Positions 23,256-32,516 of a stretch of 39,388 bases of DNA are shown piece after piece. The notes under the pieces were generated by a model. The model was not told the DNA's origin. It did not search any database and saw only the letters and a program-made list of their open reading frames with translations. Origin of the DNA: Fidelibacterota bacterium. Lineage in GTDB: Bacteria > Fidelibacterota > Marinisomatia > Marinisomatales > S15-B10. Positions within the stretch are counted from its first letter, which is position 1, and the number at the start of each line of letters is the position of its first letter. The stretch is from contig JBHIAI010000007.1 in the NCBI GenBank assembly GCA_046861655.1, positions 1 through 39,388 on the forward strand. The letters run 5' to 3'. The position numbers and the translations under genes are program-made.

Positions 23256-24743
23256 ATGCATATTGTGATTCCGGTACTCATTGCACTGCTGATGGGGATG
23301 AACGTGCCTGCCTATGCCCAGAAGAGTGACACGGTGGAGTATGCCGGAAGAGAATCCAAATTCTTCGGGGACTACTACGTGGGCGAAGGCGAAGTATCCC
23401 AGGAGAACATCCGCGTTTTCGGCGGTGATCTGTTCGTGGCCGGACAGGTGGATGGCCAGATCACCGTCCTGGGAGGAGACGTGACCCTGGAACCGACGGC
23501 GGTGGTAAACGGGAGGATTGTGGCCATCGGGGGAAGTGTGCTGAGGAAGGAAGGGGCCGTTGTCAATGGAAAGGTGATGGAAGCTAACATACGGGAAGGC
23601 ATCACCTATTCAGAGGGGACGACCAGGGAGACGGAGCCGAGGACCCGCGAGTTTGGATTGAAAGAAAGGGGTCGGGCCCTTCCCCGCATCTGGACCCACC
23701 GGGACACCTACTGGTTTGTTTACAACCGGAATGAAGGACTCCTTCTCACCCCCTTCAACTGGCACTGGGACCGGCAGTCCAGGTCCAGCTTGCGTTTGAG
23801 CTTCACCCTGGGTTACCGGTTCGGACAAAAGCAGACGGCTGGGCGACTCACCCTGGAGAAGAGGTTGGGCCAGAGGTTTTTCCCTCCGGGGATACCGAGC
23901 TTGCTTGCGTTCGCGAGCGCTTTCCGCCAGACCCGAACGGACGACGACTACCGCCTTCCGGAAATGGAGAACTCGCTCGCGTCCCTCCTGGCGCGACAGG
24001 ATTTCTATGATCGCTGGGACGAAGAGGGGGCTGAGGTGGGACTGGCTATGACTCACCCTGTTGTCAATCTCAACGGGGCGTACCGGGTTACCGAGATCGA
24101 TTCCCTGTCCGTGACCCGTCGTCAGGCCCGAGTTTTCCAAAAAGACCGGCTATTCAGGAAAGCTCTCGCCGCCATCCCTGACAACGTCCGGACCGTCCTG
24201 GCCACGGTCCGGGTGAAAACCGTGGCCTTAGATCCCCTCACCACCGGTCTGGGATTCGCCATCACGGCCGAAAGAATTCTTCAAGCGGACCTTATTGAAC
24301 CCTTCACCCGCTGGCTGGGCCGGATCACGGCCAACTGGGAGGTAGCACCGGACGTAGTCCTGCGTTCCCGCTTTCTGGCAGGGTCGGCCCGGGGGACCCT
24401 TCCTGATTACCGGTTTTTCGCGGTGGGGGGACTCGGTTCGGTGAGCGCCTACCCCTACAAAGATCAAAAGGGAGACCGAATGGTGCAGGTAAACTCCGAA
24501 CTCATCCTGCTGCCCGAGTTTATCGGAAGGGACTGGCTCATCTCCCTGTTCAGTGACCTGGGACACGCCTGGATGCATGCCGATTATGAATTCTCAAACA
24601 CGGGCGCCATTATCGATCACGGCATAAGCTCCATCGGGGTGGGAGTGGGAGATGAAGACCTCGACTGGCGGATCAATGTGGCCCGGCCGCTTGACGGCCG
24701 GGATATCTGGGAAACCACGTTCAGAGTCAACCTGAACTTCTGA
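23256..24743 (+). CDS. Outer-membrane beta-barrel protein (Omp85/BamA-TamA-like C-terminus) with an N-terminal beta-helix (bactofilin-like) segment
   Basis: Signal peptide ending AYA; GGD/V.G repeats at about aa 35-110; FAVGGLGSVSAY resembles the Omp85 GG..VRGY loop; FSDLGHAW; terminal FRVNLNF. Confidence 0.65.
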   Translation: MHIVIPVLIALLMGMNVPAYAQKSDTVEYAGRESKFFGDYYVGEGEVSQENIRVFGGDLFVAGQVDGQITVLGGDVTLEPTAVVNGRIVAIGGSVLRKEGAVVNGKVMEANIREGITYSEGTTRETEPRTREFGLKERGRALPRIWTHRDTYWFVYNRNEGLLLTPFNWHWDRQSRSSLRLSFTLGYRFGQKQTAGRLTLEKRLGQRFFPPGIPSLLAFASAFRQTRTDDDYRLPEMENSLASLLARQDFYDRWDEEGAEVGLAMTHPVVNLNGAYRVTEIDSLSVTRRQARVFQKDRLFRKALAAIPDNVRTVLATVRVKTVALDPLTTGLGFAITAERILQADLIEPFTRWLGRITANWEVAPDVVLRSRFLAGSARGTLPDYRFFAVGGLGSVSAYPYKDQKGDRMVQVNSELILLPEFIGRDWLISLFSDLGHAWMHADYEFSNTGAIIDHGISSIGVGVGDEDLDWRINVARPLDGRDIWETTFRVNLNF

Positions 24744-24748
24744 AGATC

Positions 24749-25645
24749 GTGAAACTTCAACCGGCTGCCGGCTTCCTGGTTCTCCTGACCCTTCTGGGTG
24801 CACAGAAGGGCCGGGAACGGGCTACAGAGGATATCCTGTTCGAGGTAGGCAACATCAATCGAATGGATGTCACCATTTCAACCAGCCTGGGCAGTCTGAC
24901 TCTGAGCCCCAACCCGGACACAAACCAGATTGCAGGAAAGATCTACTATCATCCTGCTCTAGTTACCCCCCGAATCGAGTATGACACCATGGGGTCCAGA
25001 GGGGAACTGGATATCCGGGCGGAACACGGTTCAGAATTCGATTTCGATGAAGAGTATTCTTTTCCCAAGGGCCTGGAGGGACGGTGGAAAGACCTGGAAG
25101 GGAAGAAATACCACTCGGAACTGGACCTTCGTCTCCCTCCGGGGATTCCCATGAACATGAATCTCAAGCTTGGTCTGGGAGAAGCCGATCTTGACCTGAC
25201 CCGGCTCACCATATCAGACCTTCAACTGGAGTGCGGCCTGAGTGATGTGGATATCAGTATGGAGTCAGCGAACACTGTCCGCTCCCGCACCCTCACCATA
25301 GAGACGGGCCTGGGTGAGCTTACAGCCAGACACCTGGGAAACCTCAAAGCAAAAACGATCAGGGTGGAAGTAGGACTGGGATCGGCCGACCTGGATCTTT
25401 CGGGAGACGAAATTGAGGATACGATCGGCAGAATCGAGGTTGGCCTCGGTTCCTTGAATCTTATCCTTCCGCGACGCGCAAATATCCGCCTGGAAATAGA
25501 TAAGTCCTTTCTCTCTTCCGTGGATGTGGATGATCTTACCCAGGAGGGCGATGTCTGGGTGAGCGATCGGTGGGAGCCGGACAGGCCGACCCTCGATCTG
25601 GAGATCAGCGTCAGTCTTGGTTCCGTGGACGTGGACGTGAAATGA
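24749..25645 (+). CDS. Exported LiaF/DUF2154 (toast-rack)-like beta-repeat protein
   Basis: Signal-like N-terminus; repeats GLGEADLDL, GLSDVDI, GLGELT, GLGSADLDL, GLGSLNL, SLGSVDV. Confidence 0.65.
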   Translation: MKLQPAAGFLVLLTLLGAQKGRERATEDILFEVGNINRMDVTISTSLGSLTLSPNPDTNQIAGKIYYHPALVTPRIEYDTMGSRGELDIRAEHGSEFDFDEEYSFPKGLEGRWKDLEGKKYHSELDLRLPPGIPMNMNLKLGLGEADLDLTRLTISDLQLECGLSDVDISMESANTVRSRTLTIETGLGELTARHLGNLKAKTIRVEVGLGSADLDLSGDEIEDTIGRIEVGLGSLNLILPRRANIRLEIDKSFLSSVDVDDLTQEGDVWVSDRWEPDRPTLDLEISVSLGSVDVDVK

Positions 25646-25651
25646 GGCTGA

Positions 25652-26248
25652 CTATCGCTTCTGGGGGGGCAGCCACTCCTCCAGCCGTTGAATAAGTTCC
25701 TCTCTAACAAACTCCCCCGCCGCAAAATAGATCTTTTCCTTGTCTCCCCCGATGAGAATCAGGTGAAAGGGGGTTCCCCATCCCCGCTCATCGGCGAGGA
25801 GAGTCCGTAACTGGTAATGGGTGGTGGTTTCCCGCAGATCCTTGAACTTTCCGGGGATCTGTCCCAGGTAGTAGGGCATGGAAAGATGGTAACGTTTCAT
25901 GAATCCTTCAGCCGTCTCCGGGTTTGTGTATTCAAAAACGGCCACCATGCCCAGGCCACGTCCACTCCAGTTCTCTTCCAGCTCGGACAGGAAGGGCGCC
26001 TCGTAGTTGCAGTGTTCACACCACTCGGCAACAAAAGAAATGAGCAGGACCGGGGGGTACCCGGATCTCTCGAATGGGTCCAGTATCCCCGTTACTTCCC
26101 CGCCCGGGGACCTCACCGGGAAGTTTAAGAGATCACGAACGGCATCCTGTTCGGACGAACGGATGGACGAGTATTCGTGTTCTTCTTGCGCGGGAGTCGC
26201 CGGGTCCGTAGGAGTCATCAGAAGGACAGGCAGGATTATCCAAACCAT
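25652..26248 (-). CDS. TlpA-like thioredoxin-fold protein (exported)
   Basis: LISFVAEWCEHCNYEAP (CxxC), GTP cis-Pro loop, hydrophobic N-terminus. Confidence 0.8.
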   Translation of the reverse strand: MVWIILPVLLMTPTDPATPAQEEHEYSSIRSSEQDAVRDLLNFPVRSPGGEVTGILDPFERSGYPPVLLISFVAEWCEHCNYEAPFLSELEENWSGRGLGMVAVFEYTNPETAEGFMKRYHLSMPYYLGQIPGKFKDLRETTTHYQLRTLLADERGWGTPFHLILIGGDKEKIYFAAGEFVREELIQRLEEWLPPQKR

Positions 26249-26712
26249 GACCTAATCAGGTTCAGGGTAGTGATGGCGCCTTTGAACGACGTGATCAGCC
26301 ACACGATCCCTACCAGAAGGATAAGGGTGAGGCTTCGTAGCAACATGTATCTTCTGGGCAAGCCCTCAGTCGAGTCCCCTGATTCAAGGGCGTTCAGCAG
26401 TGTTTTTAGTTTTCCCCGACTCGCATGGTACGATCCTATGGCCACCAGGGCCAGGAGGATTTTTGCATGCATCACCCCCTCTTTGAGCCAGAAACTCTGT
26501 TGGATGAGCAGGAGGATGCCTACCAGAGGAACGAAGAAGGAAGCCACCATTTCCGTTTTTCCTGACAGAGCTTGAATGCGTTTGACAACCCCTATCTTTT
26601 GCTCCCGGCTCCCGGTTCGAAAGTGGACCAGAAACCGGTAGTCCGAAACCATGGCGGGAATTATCCACAGAAGCATCAATAGGAAATGGGCGATCAGATA
26701 GGCGTGATACAT
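26236..26712 (-). CDS. Four-TM membrane protein, CopD/HemJ (UPF0093)/DUF2269-like
   Basis: N-terminal LIAH, then GILLL...W...MHAKILL...YH pattern; function unresolved. Confidence 0.55.
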   Translation of the reverse strand: MYHAYLIAHFLLMLLWIIPAMVSDYRFLVHFRTGSREQKIGVVKRIQALSGKTEMVASFFVPLVGILLLIQQSFWLKEGVMHAKILLALVAIGSYHASRGKLKTLLNALESGDSTEGLPRRYMLLRSLTLILLVGIVWLITSFKGAITTLNLIRSWFG

Positions 26713-26715
26713 GGA

Positions 26716-27438
26716 TCAGTTCTTGCCGGTGATGTTGGGGGACATCCACCCGATGATGTCATCCAGCTTTTCGAAGGAGTCCACCAACCACGTCGGGCTC
26801 TCCATTTCAATTCTTGATTTCCATTCGGGCCGGCGACACACGATGAGCGACCGGACCCCGTTCATGTTTGCGATTCTGGCATCGTTGGGTGTATCCCCTA
26901 CCAACACAAGCCTCTCAAAAGTGTAGGCTTCCCCAAGGGCGTCCCAAGCCAGTTCGGGGACTCTCCACAGGAGGTCCTCACGGTTGGCCCCGTCATCACC
27001 GAATACACCGAATTTGAATTCCTTCCACAGGCCGAACCGGGAAAGCTTGGTGACCGCTCCCTCCCTGAGGTTTCCACTGAGAAGGCCAACCTGCCACCCT
27101 TCGTCCCGGCACCGGTGGACAAGGGCAACGGCATCCCCATAGAGATAGGGCTTGTCATAGGAGGCATACTCCGTTTTCAGCCGGCTCAAGTAGTCTTCAA
27201 GAACCCTGTCCACCACCGGATTCAGATTGCCTGAATCGTACTGAACCTTCTGAAGGGCTTTCCGGATGATGGAAGGGTCTGTGAATCCTGCCACCTCTTC
27301 CATCTCAAGTTCAGGAGACACCCCCGACACCCGGGCGACAGCCTCGTTCATCAGCCGGCGGGCCAGGGTCCCGGGATGGATTAGGGTACCATCGATATCG
27401 AACAAAACCAGCTGCTTGGTATCTTTGTCGCCCGGCAT
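26716..27438 (-). CDS. HAD family hydrolase (phosphoglycolate phosphatase-like)
   Basis: LFDIDGTL, LLSGN, VGDTPND. Confidence 0.88.
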   Translation of the reverse strand: MPGDKDTKQLVLFDIDGTLIHPGTLARRLMNEAVARVSGVSPELEMEEVAGFTDPSIIRKALQKVQYDSGNLNPVVDRVLEDYLSRLKTEYASYDKPYLYGDAVALVHRCRDEGWQVGLLSGNLREGAVTKLSRFGLWKEFKFGVFGDDGANREDLLWRVPELAWDALGEAYTFERLVLVGDTPNDARIANMNGVRSLIVCRRPEWKSRIEMESPTWLVDSFEKLDDIIGWMSPNITGKN

Positions 27439-27444
27439 CTGTTC

Positions 27445-27993
27445 CTACAGCTGTGCCAGCACGGTCCTGTTGACCTCCTGAACCTTCTCTTTTCCAAACA
27501 GAACTTCCACCAGTTTGAAGGCGAATTCCATGGCGCTTCCAGCGGCCTGTCCCGTGATCACCTTTTCGTCCGTCTCCACCCGGGTTCCCGTGTGATGGGC
27601 GCTGGAAATGAACCTGGCCTGGTTGGGGTGGCTGGTCACCGTACGTCCCGCCAGAACCCCAGCTTCTTCAAGGACCAAAGGAGCCGCACACACTGCGGCG
27701 GTGAATTTGCTCGTGTCACCCAACCGCCGAACTGCCTGCAGGACCTCGTTTGATTTCGTCAGGTTTTCTGCTCCCGGCATGCCTCCAGGAAGGACAATCA
27801 TGTCGAATTGATCCGCATCCACTGAATTGAGACGGGCGTCCGTTTCTACAGTGATGCCGTGGGAACCCTTTACCGAATCCCTGTTCAATCCCGCCACCAC
27901 CACGTCGGCCCCTGCCCGCCTGAGAATATCGATGATGGTGACCGCCTCGATTTCTTCAAACCCCTCCGCAAGGGGAACCAGTACGTTTGGCAT
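27445..27993 (-). CDS. yajL: DJ-1/PfpI family protein (YajL/ThiJ-like)
   Basis: GFEEIEA, DILRRAG, LPGGMPGA, AVCAAP; GAGGAGG RBS. Confidence 0.88.
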   Translation of the reverse strand: MPNVLVPLAEGFEEIEAVTIIDILRRAGADVVVAGLNRDSVKGSHGITVETDARLNSVDADQFDMIVLPGGMPGAENLTKSNEVLQAVRRLGDTSKFTAAVCAAPLVLEEAGVLAGRTVTSHPNQARFISSAHHTGTRVETDEKVITGQAAGSAMEFAFKLVEVLFGKEKVQEVNRTVLAQL

Positions 27994-28043
27994 GGTGTAA
28001 GTTTACCTCCTCAAATTCATAGAATCCAACGGCCCTTCAAGCA

Positions 28044-28180
28044 CCAGTTGGCAATAGGCAGTTTGCAGTTGGCAGCAAAGGATCGCTGGTTTGGTAGACC
28101 GGGAGAGTTCAATCCATTGTGACTGCCTACTGCCATCTGCGTACTCAAGTTCTCTGTGTCCTCAGTGTCTCCATGGTGAA
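28044..28180 (-). repeat. Composite heptamer-repeat element, copy A
   Basis: CAGTTGG-type array 28044-28076, 44-nt spacer, inverted CTGCCTA-type array 28121-28146, then CTCwGTGTC nonamer repeats to 28180. Confidence 0.8.
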
Positions 28181-28188
28181 TTATGAGG

Positions 28189-28863
28189 CTAAAGGCGAAT
28201 GACATCTCCCGAACGGGAAGACCCGATTACGGACAGTATCTCCCGGGCAACCGCTTCAGGTTTGATCCATTCGGAAAAATCCGCCCGGGGCATGGCCTTG
28301 CGGTTTGACGGCGTATCGATGATCGTCGGTATCAAAACATTGGCCGTTACGTCATCATCTCTGCCCTCAACGGCCACTGTACGGGTCAGACTGATCACGG
28401 CTGCCTTGCTGAGAGCATAGGGACCCCCACGGGCCATGCCTTCCAACCCCGGCACCGAACCAAAATTGATGATTCGACCGAAACCCTGGGACTTGAAAAG
28501 AGGCAGAATTTCCCTGCAGCAGTTAAGAACAGGCCTGAAATTCAGGTCCAGCATTCGGGACCAATCCTCCCAGTCAGTTTCCTCAATCACAGACCCTGAG
28601 AAGAACCCTCCCACCAGATTGATCCACACGTGAAAGGTGTCCAGATGGCGACGTATCTCTGACACCAGCCTTGCCACAACCGTCTGTTTCAACAGATCAG
28701 CCGTGGCTTCGTACTCTCCTGAGCCCACTTCCCTCCATGTCACATCGTCCCCCCGGACCACCCCCACGACAGCCTGGCATTCTCGCCTGAGGGCATCAAC
28801 GACGGCCGGACCCGTGCCGCCCGCGGCCCCGGCGACCACGGCGACCATATCCTTCGATTTCAC
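28189..28863 (-). CDS. Short-chain dehydrogenase/reductase
   Basis: AGAAGGTG, NLVGG, GRIINFGS, YALSK, PTIIDTPSNR. Confidence 0.9.
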   Translation of the reverse strand: MKSKDMVAVVAGAAGGTGPAVVDALRRECQAVVGVVRGDDVTWREVGSGEYEATADLLKQTVVARLVSEIRRHLDTFHVWINLVGGFFSGSVIEETDWEDWSRMLDLNFRPVLNCCREILPLFKSQGFGRIINFGSVPGLEGMARGGPYALSKAAVISLTRTVAVEGRDDDVTANVLIPTIIDTPSNRKAMPRADFSEWIKPEAVAREILSVIGSSRSGDVIRL

Positions 28864-29699
28864 AGGATTTCACCTGCCATTCTTCGAAGTCGATTCCGCA
28901 CGTGGTCCCTCAATTCTTCCACGGACATTTTCCTGTACTCCTCATAAGGGATCACGTCTCCGATTTCTACCCGGATCACCCCCGGATGCAACCGCCAATC
29001 CATCATGGGTTTGATCTCGAACGCACCGTGAATCAGCATGGGAATGATATCCGCCCGGGATCCCAGGGACAGGTGAAAAGGACCTTTCTTGAACTCAGCG
29101 ATCCTGCCATCCAGGGTGCGAGTCCCCTCTGGGGCCACCATGACTGGAATCCCCGCCTGTAGCTTCTGTCGAGCCAGGTCAATGCTCTCGATGGCTTTCG
29201 GCAAATCATTCCGGGGAATGGGGATGATGCCCCACCGGCGGAGTACCGTCCCCCACAAGGGAAGGTCGAACTGATACGCCGCACCGAGACCCGTCATGTA
29301 CCGGTACACCACGGCACCCAGGATGAACACATCGAGAATGGACTGATGATTCGGCATCAGAATGTAAGCCCTCGATCGCCGAAGTCGCTCCTTTCCCTTT
29401 ACCCTGAGCACCGCACCCGTAGAGATCAGAATGTAGCGGCTGAAAAATCGCACAAGGGGGTGGAGATGCCGGGGAGGGACCAGGAACATGAGAGAGATAA
29501 GAACAGTCATGCTCACCACAAACGCCACCAGGGCAAAAGGCCAAAGAACTAAAGACAGGACGGCGGAAAACAGATCGGGTTTTCCCTTTTCCCCCTGCAT
29601 AGACCGATCCTTGTGAGCCTCCACCTTGCCCACCGTATGCACGGCCAGGGCCACGAGAATCACGATCAGGCCCATAAGAAGGACGATCACAGGATTCAC
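28860..29699 (-). CDS. plsC: 1-acyl-sn-glycerol-3-phosphate acyltransferase family
   Basis: NHQSILD, IPIPR, APEGTR, FKKGPF; N-terminal TM helices. Confidence 0.88.
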   Translation of the reverse strand: MNPVIVLLMGLIVILVALAVHTVGKVEAHKDRSMQGEKGKPDLFSAVLSLVLWPFALVAFVVSMTVLISLMFLVPPRHLHPLVRFFSRYILISTGAVLRVKGKERLRRSRAYILMPNHQSILDVFILGAVVYRYMTGLGAAYQFDLPLWGTVLRRWGIIPIPRNDLPKAIESIDLARQKLQAGIPVMVAPEGTRTLDGRIAEFKKGPFHLSLGSRADIIPMLIHGAFEIKPMMDWRLHPGVIRVEIGDVIPYEEYRKMSVEELRDHVRNRLRRMAGEIL

Positions 29700-30967
29700 G
29701 ATGGGGACGTCTCTCGCTTCTCAATCTTCCGGATCACGCGATTCAGGCGGTGCCTGAGGGCCGCTACATCCTCATGACGATAGGAAGAGATCTCCGACAG
29801 GGCCCGCTCTACCAGATCCCGGGCCCGGTCCAGGTCCCCTGTCCTGTGCTCATAGTACTTGGCCAGTTCCACGTACGGTAACAGATGAAAAGGCATAGGT
29901 CCTTCCACCATTTCCATCCAGAGGGTTTCCGCATCCCTCCACCGTCCCAACGATTTATAGAGCATGGACAGTCTGGATGAGATCACAGCCAGCCGGTGGG
30001 CGGATGTTTCCTTCTTCCTGGCTGACTCCAGAGCCTGGATGGCGAGCTTCGTTTCCCCGTGCCAACCAAAAATCTTCCCCCGGGAAAAATCCAGGACGGG
30101 ATCTCCGCGGGTTCCATCACCCCTCGTTTCCGCCCACAAAAGGTAAGTCATAGCCACCAGGGCGGTAATATCATCCGCATTGTGCCCAAACACCCGGTAC
30201 AGGGGATCCGGATCCCCTAACCGCACGTACTTGAAATAGGCCTGGGGTACTTCCGCCCCCGGGAGGTCATCCGCACGCTCAAACCCCAGCACGTCTCGCT
30301 CAAGTGTTTGCAATTTACAATTATCCAGGGAAAGCTGCCATAACTGCCTGCAGGGGTGAAGAAGATCGAGATGGTCCATCCTGGAAAAAGGGCTTCTCTT
30401 TCTTTTGAGGAGGTAACGGGTCTCCAGGAGGGGCATGTCAAAAGTTTTCCCGTTGAACGTAACGACGGTATGGAAAGGTTTCACGAACTCGGCCACCAGG
30501 TCGAGCATGCCCTCCTCCCGGGCGTGGGTATCGCTGAAGAACTGTTCGATCCGGAATTCACGTCCGTAGAAGTAGCCGATACCGATGAGGAAGGGGAGCG
30601 TCCCTCCGGCTCCCGCCAGTCCGGAGGTTTCAGTATCCACGAAGATGGTCCCCGTGTGGTCGAAGGTCCGGCGAGAGGGAAAGTGTCCCCACCGGGACAG
30701 CCATTCATCAGAAACGGAATGGATATTCCGGATTCTCACTTTTCCACAGGCGTGGTCCTTCCCGAGGCGTACTTCTCCAACGAAAATATCGCCCCAGGGA
30801 GTAGGCACGTATGAACCCTGGACAAAGTGATGCATACCCCGCCTGGCCCGGGTCAGGGAATCGTCCGGCATCCCCTGTTCCCGCGACGAGTCACCGTAGA
30901 GCCGTCGTAGTCGCTCTTTGAGATCCAACGGACCTCCTGGTCCCCTTTTATCCCTCACCGCTTCCAC
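29696..30967 (-). CDS. YprB/MrfB-like RNase H-fold (DEDDh) exonuclease with C-terminal TPR helices
   Basis: FVDTETSGL, TFNGKTFD, HLDLLH, HNADDI; ELAKYYEH TPR region. Confidence 0.85.
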   Translation of the reverse strand: MEAVRDKRGPGGPLDLKERLRRLYGDSSREQGMPDDSLTRARRGMHHFVQGSYVPTPWGDIFVGEVRLGKDHACGKVRIRNIHSVSDEWLSRWGHFPSRRTFDHTGTIFVDTETSGLAGAGGTLPFLIGIGYFYGREFRIEQFFSDTHAREEGMLDLVAEFVKPFHTVVTFNGKTFDMPLLETRYLLKRKRSPFSRMDHLDLLHPCRQLWQLSLDNCKLQTLERDVLGFERADDLPGAEVPQAYFKYVRLGDPDPLYRVFGHNADDITALVAMTYLLWAETRGDGTRGDPVLDFSRGKIFGWHGETKLAIQALESARKKETSAHRLAVISSRLSMLYKSLGRWRDAETLWMEMVEGPMPFHLLPYVELAKYYEHRTGDLDRARDLVERALSEISSYRHEDVAALRHRLNRVIRKIEKRETSPS

Positions 30968-32034
30968 CCCTTTCCTTCCAGGAGTTCGAACAGTTTATGG
31001 TTGGCTCTTGGGAAAGCGAACCGGCGAATATCTTCGGGTGCGATCCATGCCTGCTCTGGGTTCGTGTTCCGGCCCGAGCCCCTTCCCCTTGGATAGCAGT
31101 GGAACGCATGGAGTGTAACGGAGAAATGGGAATAGGCGTGATCCAGGCTGGCGACAAAATCTTTCACGGAAACATGAAGTCCGGTTTCCTGCAGGACTTC
31201 TCTGACGAGAGCCTTTTTGAGGGGTTCTCCCGCCCGAACTTTTCCCCCGGGAAACTCCCACAGCCCGCCCAGAAGTCCTTCCGTGGGACGCTTCTGGATA
31301 AGAAATCTGTCCCCATCCCAGATGATTCCCACCACCGCGGTTTGGTGCGGCCGGGCTTTGGATTTCCCCACCACAGGGAATCTCTCCGGATTCCCCTGGC
31401 GGTAGCCGCCACAGAATGTCGTCACAGGACAGTCAAAGCAACGGGGTTGGTTTTTCCGGCAGACCAGGCTCCCCAGGTCCATCATGGCCTGATTGAAGTC
31501 TCCCGGACGGTCGGGATCGATCCATTCCCCTAACCTCTTTCGAAAAACCCTTCTATTCTTCTCCACCGGCCGCCGGGAGGCCAGGATTCTGGACATCACC
31601 CGGGCCACGTTGCCATCCACCGCGGGGGAGGCCCTGCCGTGGACCACTGACAGGACCGCTGCTGCGGTATAGTCTCCCACACCGGGGAGCCCCCGGAATT
31701 CGTTCCAGGAAGAGGGAATCTGACCACCGTACTCGTCCACCACCGCACGGCACGCCCGGTGAAGATTCCGGCACCGGGAATAGTATCCGAGCCCCTCCCA
31801 CAGTTTCAAGACCTCGTCCAGAGACGCTTCGGCCACCGACGTCACAGCAGGAAGATTCTCAATCCAGCGAAGGTAATAAGGAATGACCGTTTCCACCCGG
31901 GTCTGCTGCAGCATCACTTCCGATACCCACACCCTGTAGGGATCCCGCTGACCCCGCCAGGGCAGGGTCCGTCCACTCTGATCATACCACCCCAACAATG
32001 CCTGGGAAAAGGGGTTCATATTTGTTCTATACAA
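30955..32034 (-). CDS. mutY: A/G-specific adenine glycosylase
   Basis: LPWR, SEVMLQQT, WEGLGYYSR, LPGVGDYTA, VDGNV, Cx6Cx2Cx5C, C-terminal Nudix-like domain with HAYSHF. Confidence 0.96.
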   Translation of the reverse strand: MYRTNMNPFSQALLGWYDQSGRTLPWRGQRDPYRVWVSEVMLQQTRVETVIPYYLRWIENLPAVTSVAEASLDEVLKLWEGLGYYSRCRNLHRACRAVVDEYGGQIPSSWNEFRGLPGVGDYTAAAVLSVVHGRASPAVDGNVARVMSRILASRRPVEKNRRVFRKRLGEWIDPDRPGDFNQAMMDLGSLVCRKNQPRCFDCPVTTFCGGYRQGNPERFPVVGKSKARPHQTAVVGIIWDGDRFLIQKRPTEGLLGGLWEFPGGKVRAGEPLKKALVREVLQETGLHVSVKDFVASLDHAYSHFSVTLHAFHCYPRGRGSGRNTNPEQAWIAPEDIRRFAFPRANHKLFELLEGKGWKR

Positions 32035-32044
32035 TTATTATCTG

Positions 32045-32470
32045 TCACCGTTCCTTAAGTTTCTCCTTGGAAAGGCCCCACAGGAGCTCTTGAAGAACTT
32101 CCTGGGTGTTTTCCCGTTTCTCCGGTGACAGGTATTCCAGAACGGCCTCCCCCAGGGACTCCATACTGGTGTCGAGCTCCTTGGCCACGTTTTCCCCCTC
32201 TTGGGTAAGTTTCGCCGTCATCACCCTGCGGTCTCGCCGATCCCTCTTCCTCTCCACCCATCCGTGCTTTTCCAGGGTGTCCACCAGACGGGTGGTGGTG
32301 CTATTGTCCAGACCGAGCTTTCGGGATAGAGCCGACATGTCCAACCCGTCGTACGGTAGGGACATGAGGACAAAACACTGACTCAACGTCCGTCCCTGTC
32401 CACACACATCCCGACGGTGGAGGGCATTCAGAACAAGAGTCAGTTCCTTGAGAAGCTCACCCAATTCCAT
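32045..32470 (-). CDS. MarR family transcriptional regulator
   Basis: LSRKLGLDNSTTTRLVDTLEKHGWVER, DRR, LTQEG. Confidence 0.92.
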   Translation of the reverse strand: MELGELLKELTLVLNALHRRDVCGQGRTLSQCFVLMSLPYDGLDMSALSRKLGLDNSTTTRLVDTLEKHGWVERKRDRRDRRVMTAKLTQEGENVAKELDTSMESLGEAVLEYLSPEKRENTQEVLQELLWGLSKEKLKER

Positions 32471-32487
32471 GCTTGTACCTCACAAAT

Positions 32488-32516
32488 AAGTTACGGGATC
32501 CTTTCCGTCATATCAA
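32488..32516 (-). promoter_or_regulatory. Sigma70-type internal promoter for marR-mutY and downstream genes
   Basis: TTGATA-17 nt-TAACTT on the minus strand, followed by a GAGG RBS and the ATG at 32470. Confidence 0.6.

Noticed and set aside
26236..26712. Firm call as protoporphyrinogen oxidase HemJ
   Set aside because: It shares the early His and HAK..YH pattern but lacks the LPRL and NE.P motifs I expect, so it was left as a family-level guess.
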